This document shows, piece by piece, positions 10,292 through 19,617 of a stretch of 64,000 nucleotides of DNA. The notes under the pieces were generated by a model. That model saw only the letters and a program-made list of their open reading frames with translations, was not told the DNA's origin and searched no databases. The DNA comes from an uncultured Candidatus Rokubacteria bacterium (GTDB lineage: Bacteria; Methylomirabilota; Methylomirabilia; Rokubacteriales; CSP1-6): contig CAVXJS010000021.1 of NCBI GenBank assembly GCA_963762145.1, forward strand, positions 1,056,001-1,120,000, given 5' to 3'. The position numbers and the translations under genes were made by a program. Every line of letters starts with the position of its first letter. Within the stretch, counting starts at the first letter, position 1.

Positions 10292-10879
10292 TCACGTCAA
10301 GCTGGATCTCCCACGGGCACCGAGGCTCCTCGGTGCCCGTGGTGCTCCTGACTTGATCCTCGCGGCCTCCTTTACCCTCGTCCGATCGAAGAATACGAGG
10401 CGCGGCACGACGCGACGATTCTTGATGTCGAGAATCGCGTAGGAGTACCGACTCTGGGCCCGCTTGTCGGTTGGAGAGCCAGGGTTCACGAGCCAGATCC
10501 CACCACGCCGCTCGCACATGGGCTGGTGGCTGTGCCCGAAGCAGATCACGTCGACCTCGTCCGGCTCGAACGCGCGCAGGCTCCGGCTCATCGTGGTGCC
10601 GTGCATCCCATCACCATGGACCATGCCGATTCGGACCCCGCCGAGCGTCACGATCTTGCGCCGGCCGAAGCGCTGGACAAGGTCGGGAGGGTCGTTGTTC
10701 CCGGCCACCGCTTCGACTGGAGCCACCGCCTCGAGGAGGCGGGGAATCTCCGACCCCGTGAAGTCACCGAGGTGCAGGATCAATGCGACGCGTTCCTCGC
10801 TGAGGCCCCGGCAGAGCCCCGCGGGGAGCCGATCACCGAAGCGGGGTAGGTGCGTATCCGACACCACGCCGACCTTCAC
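10292..10879 (-). CDS. Metallophosphoesterase (YfcE/MJ0936 family)
   Basis: SDTH, HLGD, GNND, HGD, FGHSH and NPGS motifs. Confidence 0.92.
   Translation of the reverse strand: MKVGVVSDTHLPRFGDRLPAGLCRGLSEERVALILHLGDFTGSEIPRLLEAVAPVEAVAGNNDPPDLVQRFGRRKIVTLGGVRIGMVHGDGMHGTTMSRSLRAFEPDEVDVICFGHSHQPMCERRGGIWLVNPGSPTDKRAQSRYSYAILDIKNRRVVPRLVFFDRTRVKEAARIKSGAPRAPRSLGARGRSSLT
10311..10342. terminator. Perfect GC-rich hairpin where two convergent genes end
   Basis: CCACGGGCACCGAGG-CT-CCTCGGTGCCCGTGG with 15-bp arms and no clear U-tract. Confidence 0.5.
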
Positions 10880-10916
10880 GTCGCCCGCCCGTCAACAACG
10901 TGAATGCCGAACCGCA

Positions 10917-11636
10917 TCACCGCCGTCCGGTGCCGCTCTCGGTTTCCTCGGACACGCCGATGCCGAACGTTTCCAGGAAACCGCGCTTCCCCGAGGCGGT
11001 CACCACCACCGCGCCCCCGTCCTTCATCCTCTCCATCCAGCCGAGATCGAAGCACCGTTTCGCAAGCGCGGCGCCGACCGCGCCCGCGATGTGCGGCCGT
11101 CGTTCGGTCCAGTCAAGACATAATCGGCAAAAGTGACGGCCCTCTGAACCCAATGCCGACAGGTCGATACCGAATCCCGTGAAAAATCGAGTCCCCGACG
11201 GCGTGACTTCAGCGGTCTCGTCACGGGCCACGATGTACTCGTGCGTGACGAGAGAATCGGTCAGATCGACGCTCAGACGGCCGGCGAGGTGGTCGTAGCA
11301 GATTCGGGCCGTGCTGAGCGCGCGTGCGCGAGGGGAGAGCGGACGGTAGCGTGGCCGGTTTTCGAGCGCGACGGCCATGATCCCCTCGAGCATCTCGGCG
11401 ACTCTCGGCGACGCGAGGCGGAAATACCGGTACCGACCGTCCCTCATCGGCGCCACCAGCCCCGCCTCGGCGAGCTTCGCCAAGTGCGTGCTGGCGGTCT
11501 GAGGCGTCACCCGCGCCGCCTGGGCCAGCTCGGTCGCGGTAAGAGCGCGACCATCCAGAAGCGCGGAGAGCATGGTCGCTCGGGCCGGCTCTCCGACCAG
11601 CCCCGCGATCTCGGCAATCAAGGGCCCGGTGATCAT
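10917..11636 (-). CDS. ArsR/SmtB-type winged-helix regulator with Cys-containing C-terminal domain
   Basis: GEPARATMLSALLDGRALTATELA...TASTHLAKL, RICYDHLAG and CRLCLDWTERRPHIAG. Confidence 0.9.
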   Translation of the reverse strand: MITGPLIAEIAGLVGEPARATMLSALLDGRALTATELAQAARVTPQTASTHLAKLAEAGLVAPMRDGRYRYFRLASPRVAEMLEGIMAVALENRPRYRPLSPRARALSTARICYDHLAGRLSVDLTDSLVTHEYIVARDETAEVTPSGTRFFTGFGIDLSALGSEGRHFCRLCLDWTERRPHIAGAVGAALAKRCFDLGWMERMKDGGAVVVTASGKRGFLETFGIGVSEETESGTGRR

Positions 11637-11677
11637 CGGCGCAATGTAGCACCCGGTACGGCCGGCTCTCAAGTGAC

Positions 11678-11699
11678 CACTTCGGCGGTGATCGAAGTG
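11678..11699. promoter_or_regulatory. Putative operator of the ArsR-type regulator
   Basis: Perfect inverted repeat CACTTCG-N8-CGAAGTG in the divergent intergenic region. Confidence 0.65.
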
Positions 11700-11765
11700 T
11701 CCATCGGCGTGTCCGGCCGCTTTCGGAGGTATGATCGCGTCCATGATCCGCCCGAGGAGGTGGCC

Positions 11766-12320
11766 ATGCTTGAGGGGAAGACACGTATTCCGCCGGTCGA
11801 CGTCGAGACGCTGCCGGACGACCTACGCGAAGTGCTGGAAACACAACGCAAGCTCTACGGCGCGCCGCTCCATCCGTACCTCTTCTACGCGCGCAACCCT
11901 ACGTATTTCCGCGCCGCGCAGGGGATGTGGACCGCCCTGCAACAGCACACGAAGCGCGTGCCCGGGACGCTCCGGGCTTTGCTCAACCGCCGCGTCGCCT
12001 GGTGGAACGGCTGCGAGTTCTGACAGGACGCCAACGCTGCCGTGGGCAGCCGGCTCGGCGTCTCGACGGAGAAGCTCGAGGCGCTCAACGACTACGCGAA
12101 GAGCCCGCTCTTCAGCGACCCGGAGAAGGTGGCGCTCGAATACGCCGACACGATCACGGACACGCGGCGCGACGTCGACGACGAGCTCTTCGCGCGGGTG
12201 CAACGGCACTACGACGACGACACCATCGCGGAGATGACGATGATCATCGCGTGGGAGAACTCGTCCTCGCGCTTCAACCGGGCGTTCCGCGTCCCGTCGC
12301 AAGGGCTCTGGAAGCGGTGA
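11766..12320 (+). CDS. AhpD/carboxymuconolactone decarboxylase-family protein, probable selenoprotein (UGA at 12021-12023 = Sec, CxxU)
   Basis: RBS GAGGAGG plus ATG 11766. RRVAWWNGCEF-UGA-QDANAAVG continues in the same frame into LFSDPEKVALEYADTIT...AWENSSSRFNRAF, giving 184 aa in total. A hairpin follows the UGA. Confidence 0.85.
12027..12062 (+). promoter_or_regulatory. Bacterial SECIS-like hairpin
   Basis: GACGCC-AAC-GCTGCC-GTG-GGCAGC-CGGCTC-GGCGTC: a lower stem and a 6-bp upper stem starting 12 nt after the UGA, with a G-containing apical loop. Confidence 0.65.
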
Positions 12321-12329
12321 CCAGCTCCT

Positions 12330-12995
12330 TCAGACGGGCTCGGTGCGACCCCAGACGACGGCGAGCACCGTCGCGCCATTCTTGGTCGTGACGGTGTGCA
12401 CGCAGCCGTTGGGACGGTAGTTCATCTGGCCGGTCGCCACGACGCCCGATTCGTCCGCATTCGCGCCCTCGACGAGGAAGATCAGCTCGTCGCCGACGTG
12501 GCGATGCGGCGGGAGCGTCGCCCCCGGCTCGAAGCGCGCCAGCAGCGCACGGCGCTCGGTGCCCTTGTCCTCCCAGATCCGCTTCTGGCGGACTCCGGGG
12601 CGCGTCTCGATCCACGGCACCTCGCTCAGCGTGAAGATCTGCGACGGCGGCGCGCTCGCCGAGGCCGTGGCACTCTCGATGTCACCGGTGAGCACGGCCA
12701 GCACCGTCGCGCCGTTCTTGCTCGTGACGGTATGGACGCACCCGTCGGGACGGTAGCCCACGTTCCCGGCGGTCACCGTCCCGGACTCGTCCGAGACCGC
12801 TCCTTCGATGACGAAGATCAGCTCGTCGCCGACGTGACGATGGAGAGGGAGCTGTGCGCCCGGCGAGAAGCGGGTCAACTGCGCCCGCCGCTTCGTGGCC
12901 GGGTCCTGCCAGAGGATCTTGAAGCTGATCCCGGGCCGATGCTCCTGCCACCCAATGTCGCCGACCGCGATGATCTGTGATCGTGGTGTCGTCAT
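12330..12995 (-). CDS. Tandem ChrR-like cupin protein with two internal repeats
   Basis: Two copies of LPxHRHVGDELIFxxEG...YRPxGCVHTVT. Confidence 0.85.
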   Translation of the reverse strand: MTTPRSQIIAVGDIGWQEHRPGISFKILWQDPATKRRAQLTRFSPGAQLPLHRHVGDELIFVIEGAVSDESGTVTAGNVGYRPDGCVHTVTSKNGATVLAVLTGDIESATASASAPPSQIFTLSEVPWIETRPGVRQKRIWEDKGTERRALLARFEPGATLPPHRHVGDELIFLVEGANADESGVVATGQMNYRPNGCVHTVTTKNGATVLAVVWGRTEPV

Positions 12996-13151
12996 CGTGC
13001 ACCCCTTCGCTGCTGCGTTAGCATATCCGGGTCAGGACAGGTGGCGAGAGCTTAGTCTCGGAGACCGGAGGCGGTCAAGACTCCCGACGTGACGGGCTCT
13101 CCCCGGCTCCCCCGTGCTAAGATGTAACGGTTGCTTCCTGCCCGCGTCGCC

Positions 13152-13923
13152 ATGCTCGCGCGATCAACCCGTTTGTTCTTCATCCTCACCGCGGCGCTCG
13201 TCGCCGCATGCGATTCGGCGCCAGCCTTGTCGCCGCCCGAGACCTTCGACTGGGCCGGCCAGCACATCTCGCTCGCCCCGCCGCCGGCCGGTTGGCGCCG
13301 CGAGGGCCAGTCGAGCGGGGGCATCCGGGGCGTGCGCTTCGTCAAGGAGCGCTCGGTCGGCGAAGCCATCGGCGTTGGCGACTACTATCTGCTCGCCAAT
13401 CGCCTCCGCCGGGCGCGGCTGCAGGAGATCATCGACACAGTTCGAGACGTTCGACCGCCGCGACTTCGAGAAGGCTCTGCGGCAAGCGTATGCCCACACC
13501 GACTCCCCGTTCTCCCCGCTCGAGGCCGACGTGGCCGCGGACATCAACGCGGCCCTTGGACGCGCGGCGACCGCTTTCCGGATGAACGACCGTGACGGAG
13601 CGCGGACCGAGCTACGCGTGGCGCTGGGCGCGGCCGAGCGCCTGGGCTTCAGGCTCGGCGACGTGCTCGATGCCGTCGTGTTCACGCCGGAGCGCCGCGA
13701 GGAACCGCAACGATGGTCAGTCGTCGGACGCCGCGAGGCGACGATCGGCGGCGAACCGGCCGTCATCGTCGACTACACGTTCCAGACGCCCGAGCGCAAA
13801 CTGTACGGGCGCGAGGCCTACGTCGTACACGACAGCCACCTCTTCGTGGCGACGTTCCTCGGGCTCGAGGAGAATCTGCGGGTGTTCGATCGTGTCGTCG
13901 AGAGCATCCGGTTCTCGCGATGA
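13152..13923 (+). CDS. Putative lipoprotein with PsbP/DcrB-like ends; one frameshift near 13440
   Basis: LVAAC lipobox, PPAGWRRE, then after the shift ...TIGGEPAVIVDY...VFDRVVESIRF. Confidence 0.55.
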
Positions 13924-14666
13924 GGACGCGTGGATCCTCGCTTGTCATCGCGCTGCTCCTGGCACTGCTGGCGGGCTGTGACTCGCGGGAAGCCCCGCGC
14001 GCATTCGAGCTTGGACCGCATCGGGGGCAAGTCCGCGTTCCGCCCGGCTGGGCGGCGCTCGACCAGGGAAGGCAATGGCGCCTGCGTAAGGGCGAAGCAG
14101 AGCTCGTCCTCCAGGACCTGGGCGCCGCCGGACCGCAGGGCATCCGGCGCGAGGTGGATCGCGCGCGCGAGCTGTGGCGGGCGGGTCGCGTAGAGGAAGC
14201 GCGGTGGCGCCTGCGCAACGTGATGGTGCCGCGGGAGCTGTTTCCCACTGCCGTGGAGCGCGAGGCGTTCTGGGCGGCGTGGTCCACGTTCTTCAGCGAC
14301 GCGGCGAAGGTGGTGCCTTACGCGGAGATCGATCCCACCTTCAGTGACGTGCTGGCCAGGGTCGATGCGTTGCCGGCGCCGGACCTGCCGGCACTGGCGG
14401 ACGCGGGATTGAAGGCGCTGGGCCACGACCAGCGGCGCGACGTGAAGTCGCGGCAGTCGCTCACGGTGGGCGGGCGCGATGCCCTCGACGTCGACACCTG
14501 GAACCGCCTGTCACACGCGAACCCCCAGCGGTTCCTCTTCATTGCCCACGACGGTTACCTGCTGGCGCTGTACACCGCGCGCCAGGCCGATGCGGAGGCG
14601 CTCAGCGCGTTCGCGTCAGTACGCGATTCGCTTCACTTCGCCGCCGCCGACAGCGCGCGCCGGTAG
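13920..14666 (+). CDS. Putative lipoprotein, apparent paralog of the preceding gene
   Basis: ATGA overlap with the upstream gene, LAGC lipobox, VPPGW, TVGGRDAL and AFASVRDSLHF. Confidence 0.65.
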   Translation: MRTRGSSLVIALLLALLAGCDSREAPRAFELGPHRGQVRVPPGWAALDQGRQWRLRKGEAELVLQDLGAAGPQGIRREVDRARELWRAGRVEEARWRLRNVMVPRELFPTAVEREAFWAAWSTFFSDAAKVVPYAEIDPTFSDVLARVDALPAPDLPALADAGLKALGHDQRRDVKSRQSLTVGGRDALDVDTWNRLSHANPQRFLFIAHDGYLLALYTARQADAEALSAFASVRDSLHFAAADSARR

Positions 14667-15748
14667 ATGGCCTGCGGGCCCTCGCGCACGCGCGCCCCCG
14701 CCGCCCAGAGCGTCGCTCCGCCCTCCACGAACAACACGCGCAGCTCCTCGCCGGCGATGTCGGCGTCCACCGCCCACTTCGCCCCTCCATCCTGTGTGCG
14801 CAGGATGAGCGACCGGCCGAGGCCAGCGTAGTAGCCGGTGGCCCAGCCACGGCGGGGGTCGACGAAACGCACCGCACTCAGAGTCAGTCCCGGTGTCCGG
14901 TCGCCGGCGTCGATCACGTCGACCTTGCCGGCGCGCGGAATGTGCTCGAGCTTCGGCGCGGAGCGCGCGTCGGCGAGGCCCGTGTCCTGGCGGACCCAGG
15001 TGCTACCGCCGTCGCGCGTCGCGAGGATGGTTCCCTCCTCGCCCACCACCCATCCGTGGTGGTCGTCGACGAAGAAGACGTCGCGCAAGGTCGGGCGGTC
15101 GGCGGCGGGCAACGGCGGCGCCGCGGACTCCCACGTGATGCCACCGTCGACCGTGTACATGAGCGTTCCATGCATGCCGGCCAGCCAGCCCGTCCGGTCG
15201 TCGAGCAGATGGATCGCCCATCCCGAGACCCGGCCGCTTCCGCGGGAGGGGCTCAATCGGCGCCAGTGCTGACCGGCGTCCATCGTGCCCAGCACGCCGC
15301 CGTGCCCGACGGCCCAGCCTCGTTCCTCGTCGATGAAGCTGAAGGCGTTGAGGTACTCGCTCCCGCTACCGTGGCGGACCAGCGCCCAGTTCTCGCCGCC
15401 GTCGCGGGTGGCGAAGATCGCGCCGTCACCCGTGGCGACGAGCCCGCGCTGCGTCTCGAAAAAGCGCACCGCCGTGGCCTGGAGGCGCCCGACCGGTGTC
15501 TCGGCGAGGTTGCTGGAGAAGTGCCACGTCCTGCCGCCGTCGCGCGTGCGGCCGATCAGCCCTCCCGGGATGTTGTAGTTGCCGCCCACGATCCAGCCGT
15601 TCTGCGGGTCGGTGAACCAGATTCCGCGGAAATCCGCCATGGTCCCGAGCGGAAGCGCTTCCCATGCCGACGGCGGCTTGCCCAGGCCACAACCGGCCGC
15701 GAGCAGCATGCCCGCGCCGAGAATGAGGGCCCGCTCGCGCGATCTCAT
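14633..15748 (-). CDS. YCF48/BNR-repeat beta-propeller lipoprotein
   Basis: LAAGC lipobox and multiple GWxVG...TxDGGxTW Asp-box repeats. Confidence 0.85.
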   Translation of the reverse strand: MRSRERALILGAGMLLAAGCGLGKPPSAWEALPLGTMADFRGIWFTDPQNGWIVGGNYNIPGGLIGRTRDGGRTWHFSSNLAETPVGRLQATAVRFFETQRGLVATGDGAIFATRDGGENWALVRHGSGSEYLNAFSFIDEERGWAVGHGGVLGTMDAGQHWRRLSPSRGSGRVSGWAIHLLDDRTGWLAGMHGTLMYTVDGGITWESAAPPLPAADRPTLRDVFFVDDHHGWVVGEEGTILATRDGGSTWVRQDTGLADARSAPKLEHIPRAGKVDVIDAGDRTPGLTLSAVRFVDPRRGWATGYYAGLGRSLILRTQDGGAKWAVDADIAGEELRVLFVEGGATLWAAGARVREGPQAIYRRALSAAAK

Positions 15749-15790
15749 GTGTCGATCATGCGACACGCGTGATTTCCCCGCCAGGCCAAG

Positions 15791-17186
15791 CTAGGCGATC
15801 AGCCCGAGCAGTTCCTGGCGGGTGGGTCCTGGTGGGGACATCGGCGGCCGACCTGCGGCAACTTCGAGCACCCGATCGACGAAGCCGGCGCGGCCGAACA
15901 CCTCCGACGGGAGGGTAAGGACTTGCCGGATCTCCAGAAGAGCGCGGAACAGGTCGGCGTCGTGGACCACCGCTCGACCGAAGGCGTCCATGATCGGCGG
16001 CACGGGGTCCGGTGACACGCCCCGGATGGCGGCCTCCATCTCGCGGAAGCGCTGCCGGTCGGTCTGCAGAGTGGCCTCATGCCAGGGCTGGAGATGCTCG
16101 GTGGTATCGGCATCCCACGCGGCCGCCAGCGCGACCGGGCGGTCGATACCGGCCCGCACCAGCTCGCGGAGGCGGACGCAATGAAGCAGCCCCATGGCGC
16201 TGCCCCGCCCGAGCGATGGGTTGGTGCAGGCCCAAGCGTCCCCCACCGCCAACCGGTGACCACTGGCGCTCCGTCGACGACATAGCTCCGTCGCCGATCG
16301 GCTCCGCTGACCATGGAGAGCATCTCGCCGATCGGGTCGCCATCGAGCCAGTGGGCGTGGAGGGGGCAGGCGCGCAGCACCCGCCCGAATACCTCGGGGT
16401 CTCTGAAGCGCCGGGTGGGGGCGTCAGCGGCGGACGCGTAGAGGGTCACCGACCAGGTATCGTTGTCGGCCGGCAGTGTCAGTAGCGAGATCGACCCGAG
16501 GGGAGTCAGCACCGGCGCCACGATGGCAGGCATGCCACCGGGGCGGTGGAAGTATCGGCCGTAGTACGCGAAGCCGCTGTCCTCGGCCTCCTCGTGAGGA
16601 GATCTTCCCCCCAGCGCTTCGAGCAGCCGTGGCAGCGGCGAACGGCGGCCCATCGCATCGATCGTCAGGCGGCCCGGATGGTCTCGCCGCTGGCGGTCCG
16701 CACGCCCACGACGTGAGGTACGCCGGCTGCCGCGGCCGGGCCCGTCAACAGCTCGGCCACCGTGCTGCCACGACGGAGCGATACCCGCGGCTCGCGCGCA
16801 GCGATACCGGCCATCACGTACTCCGTCGTGGACCGGCGGGCGGTGATGATCCCGAAGCGTTCGTCGCCAGGGCGAGGCGCCCGGTCGGCGATGGCGGACG
16901 GAAGGTCGTCGATGAAGTTGTGGCGCCAGCCTCCGGCCCCCTCCATCGCGCGGACGACGTCTGGCAGCTCTGCCTCGAGCAGGCGGGCGAAGCGCGCCAG
17001 GTAGATGTGGGCCAATCGGAACTGGGCCACGCCGCGACGGTCCCACCGCTCCCAGGCCTCCGCGACAGTGGCCGGAGGGGCTTCCGGATCGCGCTCGAGC
17101 ACGGTCACGGTATGGCCATCCCGGGCCAGCAGCAGTGCCGAGGCCAGCCCGCACAGCCCGCCGCCCATCACTATGATGTCCGCCAT
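15791..17186 (-). CDS. FAD-dependent oxidoreductase with two frameshifts (about 16670 and 16255); pseudogene or assembly error
   Basis: GGGLCG FAD motif, IDAMGRRS and AVGDAWACTNPSLGRG lie in three successive frames. Confidence 0.75.
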
Positions 17187-17211
17187 TTCGGCCTCCTCGT
17201 CCGGTCACCGG

Positions 17212-17952
17212 TCATGCAATCGCCCGCTCGTAGACGCTGACGTGGCGCCAGCTGCTCGCGGTGTACGGCTCACCGTTCCAGCCTCCCCATCGCTCGCGCA
17301 GTCGAAGACCAGCGATACGAGCCATCAGGTCGAACTCGGGCGGGTGGGCCAGGCGCATCCGGATGGGGCTGAAGACGAGGCCGTCGGCGCTGATGCGGAC
17401 GTGATTCTCGTCGAGGATCTGCGTGACGGGATCGTACCGGCAGACATCCAGCACGACGTGGTCGACCCCGACGTGTTCGGCGTCGACGAACTGGTGGCCT
17501 GGTCGTGAGGGAGAGGTCGGTACCCGGCACTCGAGAACGAACACGCCATCGTCGGTCAGGTGGCGGGCGGCGTTCTCGAAGCATCGAACCTGGTCGTCCT
17601 GCGTGAGCAGGTTGCCGATCGTGTTGTACACCAGGTAGACGAGCCCGTAGGTGCGTCCGGTTGTGACGCGGGACATGTCGCCCATGGTCACCTCGACGTT
17701 GTTTCCGTCCGGCTTCTCGCGCATCCGGTCGACCATGTGCCGGGACATCTCGATGCCGTCCACGCGCACGCCGGCTCCCGCGAGCGGCAAGGCGATACGG
17801 CCGGTGCCCACCGCGAACTCCAGCGCGTCCCGCTGGCCGGCGAGCCGGGCGAGGAACCCGACGGTCTGTTCCTCGTCACCTCGGGTGTCGACGGCGTCGT
17901 AGCGCTTCGACACGTCATATCCGAAGCTCGTACTGGGGTCGAAGCCCTCCAT
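17212..17952 (-). CDS. Class I SAM-dependent methyltransferase
   Basis: ALEFAVGTGRIA, GDMS and HLTDDGVFVLE. Confidence 0.9.
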   Translation of the reverse strand: MEGFDPSTSFGYDVSKRYDAVDTRGDEEQTVGFLARLAGQRDALEFAVGTGRIALPLAGAGVRVDGIEMSRHMVDRMREKPDGNNVEVTMGDMSRVTTGRTYGLVYLVYNTIGNLLTQDDQVRCFENAARHLTDDGVFVLECRVPTSPSRPGHQFVDAEHVGVDHVVLDVCRYDPVTQILDENHVRISADGLVFSPIRMRLAHPPEFDLMARIAGLRLRERWGGWNGEPYTASSWRHVSVYERAIA

Positions 17953-18078
17953 GTCGGTCCCCCTGCTCGAATTATCCGCTGCCCGTCTACTCCTACCTGG
18001 GAAGGCCGGCTCCGCTGAACACGCACCGGTGGTGCTTCAAGACGACAGAGCAGCGGTGAAGGTGGGACAGCCCCTCGC

Positions 18079-18447
18079 TCAGCTAGGCCTCACGAGAAGG
18101 CCGTGGACGCGGGCAAGCAGCTCATCGATGCCCAGTGGCTTGGCGAGAACTACGGCCGCGGTCGTCTGAAGGAATTCCGATTCGATGGGGCTGTCGCCGT
18201 ATCCGGTCATGAACAGCACGACCGGCCGTGGGGGCACCAGCTGCGCGATGACGCGGGAGACCGCCCGCCCGTCGACCTCCGGCATCCGCACGTCGCAGAC
18301 GACCAGGTCGTACACGGTCCGCTTCAGCTGGTCGACGGCCGCCCGCCCGCTAAAGACCGCCTTCGCCGCGTGCCCGGCATCCCTGAGCACGGCCTGTACC
18401 AGCTCGGCTACGTCTTCCTGGTCGTCCACCACGAGGATACGGGCCAT
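18079..18447 (-). CDS. Single-domain response regulator
   Basis: ILVVDD, CDVRMPEVDG, FMTG and LAKP. Confidence 0.9.
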   Translation of the reverse strand: MARILVVDDQEDVAELVQAVLRDAGHAAKAVFSGRAAVDQLKRTVYDLVVCDVRMPEVDGRAVSRVIAQLVPPRPVVLFMTGYGDSPIESEFLQTTAAVVLAKPLGIDELLARVHGLLVRPS

Positions 18448-18478
18448 GTGGTCAAACTACCGTCGACGCAAACGGCGT

Positions 18479-18721
18479 CTACCGGTTCCAGGATGACGGT
18501 CGATGGGCGATCTCCTCGCTGGGCGCCACGAGGAGATGCGGAGGAGGGCTGGCTACGGTGTGGGCGTCGGCAGTCCAGTGGTCCTGAAGCCACAGCACCC
18601 ACGCGCACTCGGCGGAGACCGCCATCGTGAGGACGAGCAGCCAGGAGAGCAGGGTGATCCGTCTTGCTTGCGACGGAGTTTGCGCTACCCCGGGACCGTA
18701 TTGCTCGACAGTCCTACTCAT
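18479..18721 (-). pseudogene. Fragment of an 'AECAWVLW' small exported-protein family member
   Basis: ARRITLLSWLLVLTMAVSAECAWVLW, followed by sequence that does not look conserved. Confidence 0.4.
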
Positions 18722-18956
18722 CGTATCCCCCTGGCTCGCCACGCCTCCCGGTGCTAGTCCCCTGACGGCCTTGGCCGTGCTCTCAGTGGGGCCGCCTCTC
18801 GACTCGTCGCGTTTCACTTCATCCCACCATATCCCGATCCCTATTTTTCTCGTGTGGGCCGTCCGGGGGCGTTGAGGGCGGGTGAATCCGGCACAAGTGG
18901 GGACAATCGTTGACCGTTTCGAAGCGCTGCGGAAGGAGGACCCGGCCGCCCCGTGG

Positions 18957-19481
18957 CTAAGCCGGGTTCGGACCCTGGAGTATCGCGCGTATGGTCTGTT
19001 CCAGGCGTCGCACGCGACGCGACAAGATCGTGAGGATTCGCCTCATCAGCTCCGGGGTCTCATCCAGCAGCCGCCAAAAGTGGGAGCGATCCACGACGAG
19101 CAGACGGAGATCGGTTGCCGCCACGATCGTCGCGGATCGGGGCTCCCCATCCACCAGGCTCATCTCGCCAAAACAATCTCCTGGCTGTAACTGGCTACCA
19201 GCCCCGACCGGAGTCCGTACTGCCGCCATGCCGTCTATGATGATGAAGAACGAATCACCCGCATCGCCAATCTGAGTGATGACAGTTCCCGCCGAAGCGT
19301 CGACGATCCTCGAGTGTTCGGCGACCCGGCGAAGCTCGTCCTCATTGAACCCGCTGAAGAGCGGAACTCGCTGCAGATGGCGTAGCTGAGCATCGCCGAC
19401 GGGCTCGGGCGCGCCCGCGTAGGCCGGCTCGGCCTCATCCGGATCATGGAAAGGCAGGCGAATTCGCGGGTCGATCTCCAT
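18957..19481 (-). CDS. Cyclic nucleotide-binding domain protein
   Basis: VPLFSG and GDCFGEMSLVDGEPRSATI; RBS AGGAGG. Confidence 0.9.
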   Translation of the reverse strand: MEIDPRIRLPFHDPDEAEPAYAGAPEPVGDAQLRHLQRVPLFSGFNEDELRRVAEHSRIVDASAGTVITQIGDAGDSFFIIIDGMAAVRTPVGAGSQLQPGDCFGEMSLVDGEPRSATIVAATDLRLLVVDRSHFWRLLDETPELMRRILTILSRRVRRLEQTIRAILQGPNPA

Positions 19482-19617
19482 TCGACACCTCCTACTTTCT
19501 CCGGCGCTAAGGTTCTTACTTGGAAGGACGCCCCATGCCCTCGAAGTTACTCGTTTGGAAGCCGGCCCGTACAGCTCATTCTATGGTCCCGGTTGCGGTA
19601 CCGTTTGCCAGGCGTAT

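Noticed and set aside
13152-15748. Photosystem II assembly locus (PsbP plus Ycf48)
   Set aside because: These are generic folds and there are no reaction-centre or pigment genes in the window.
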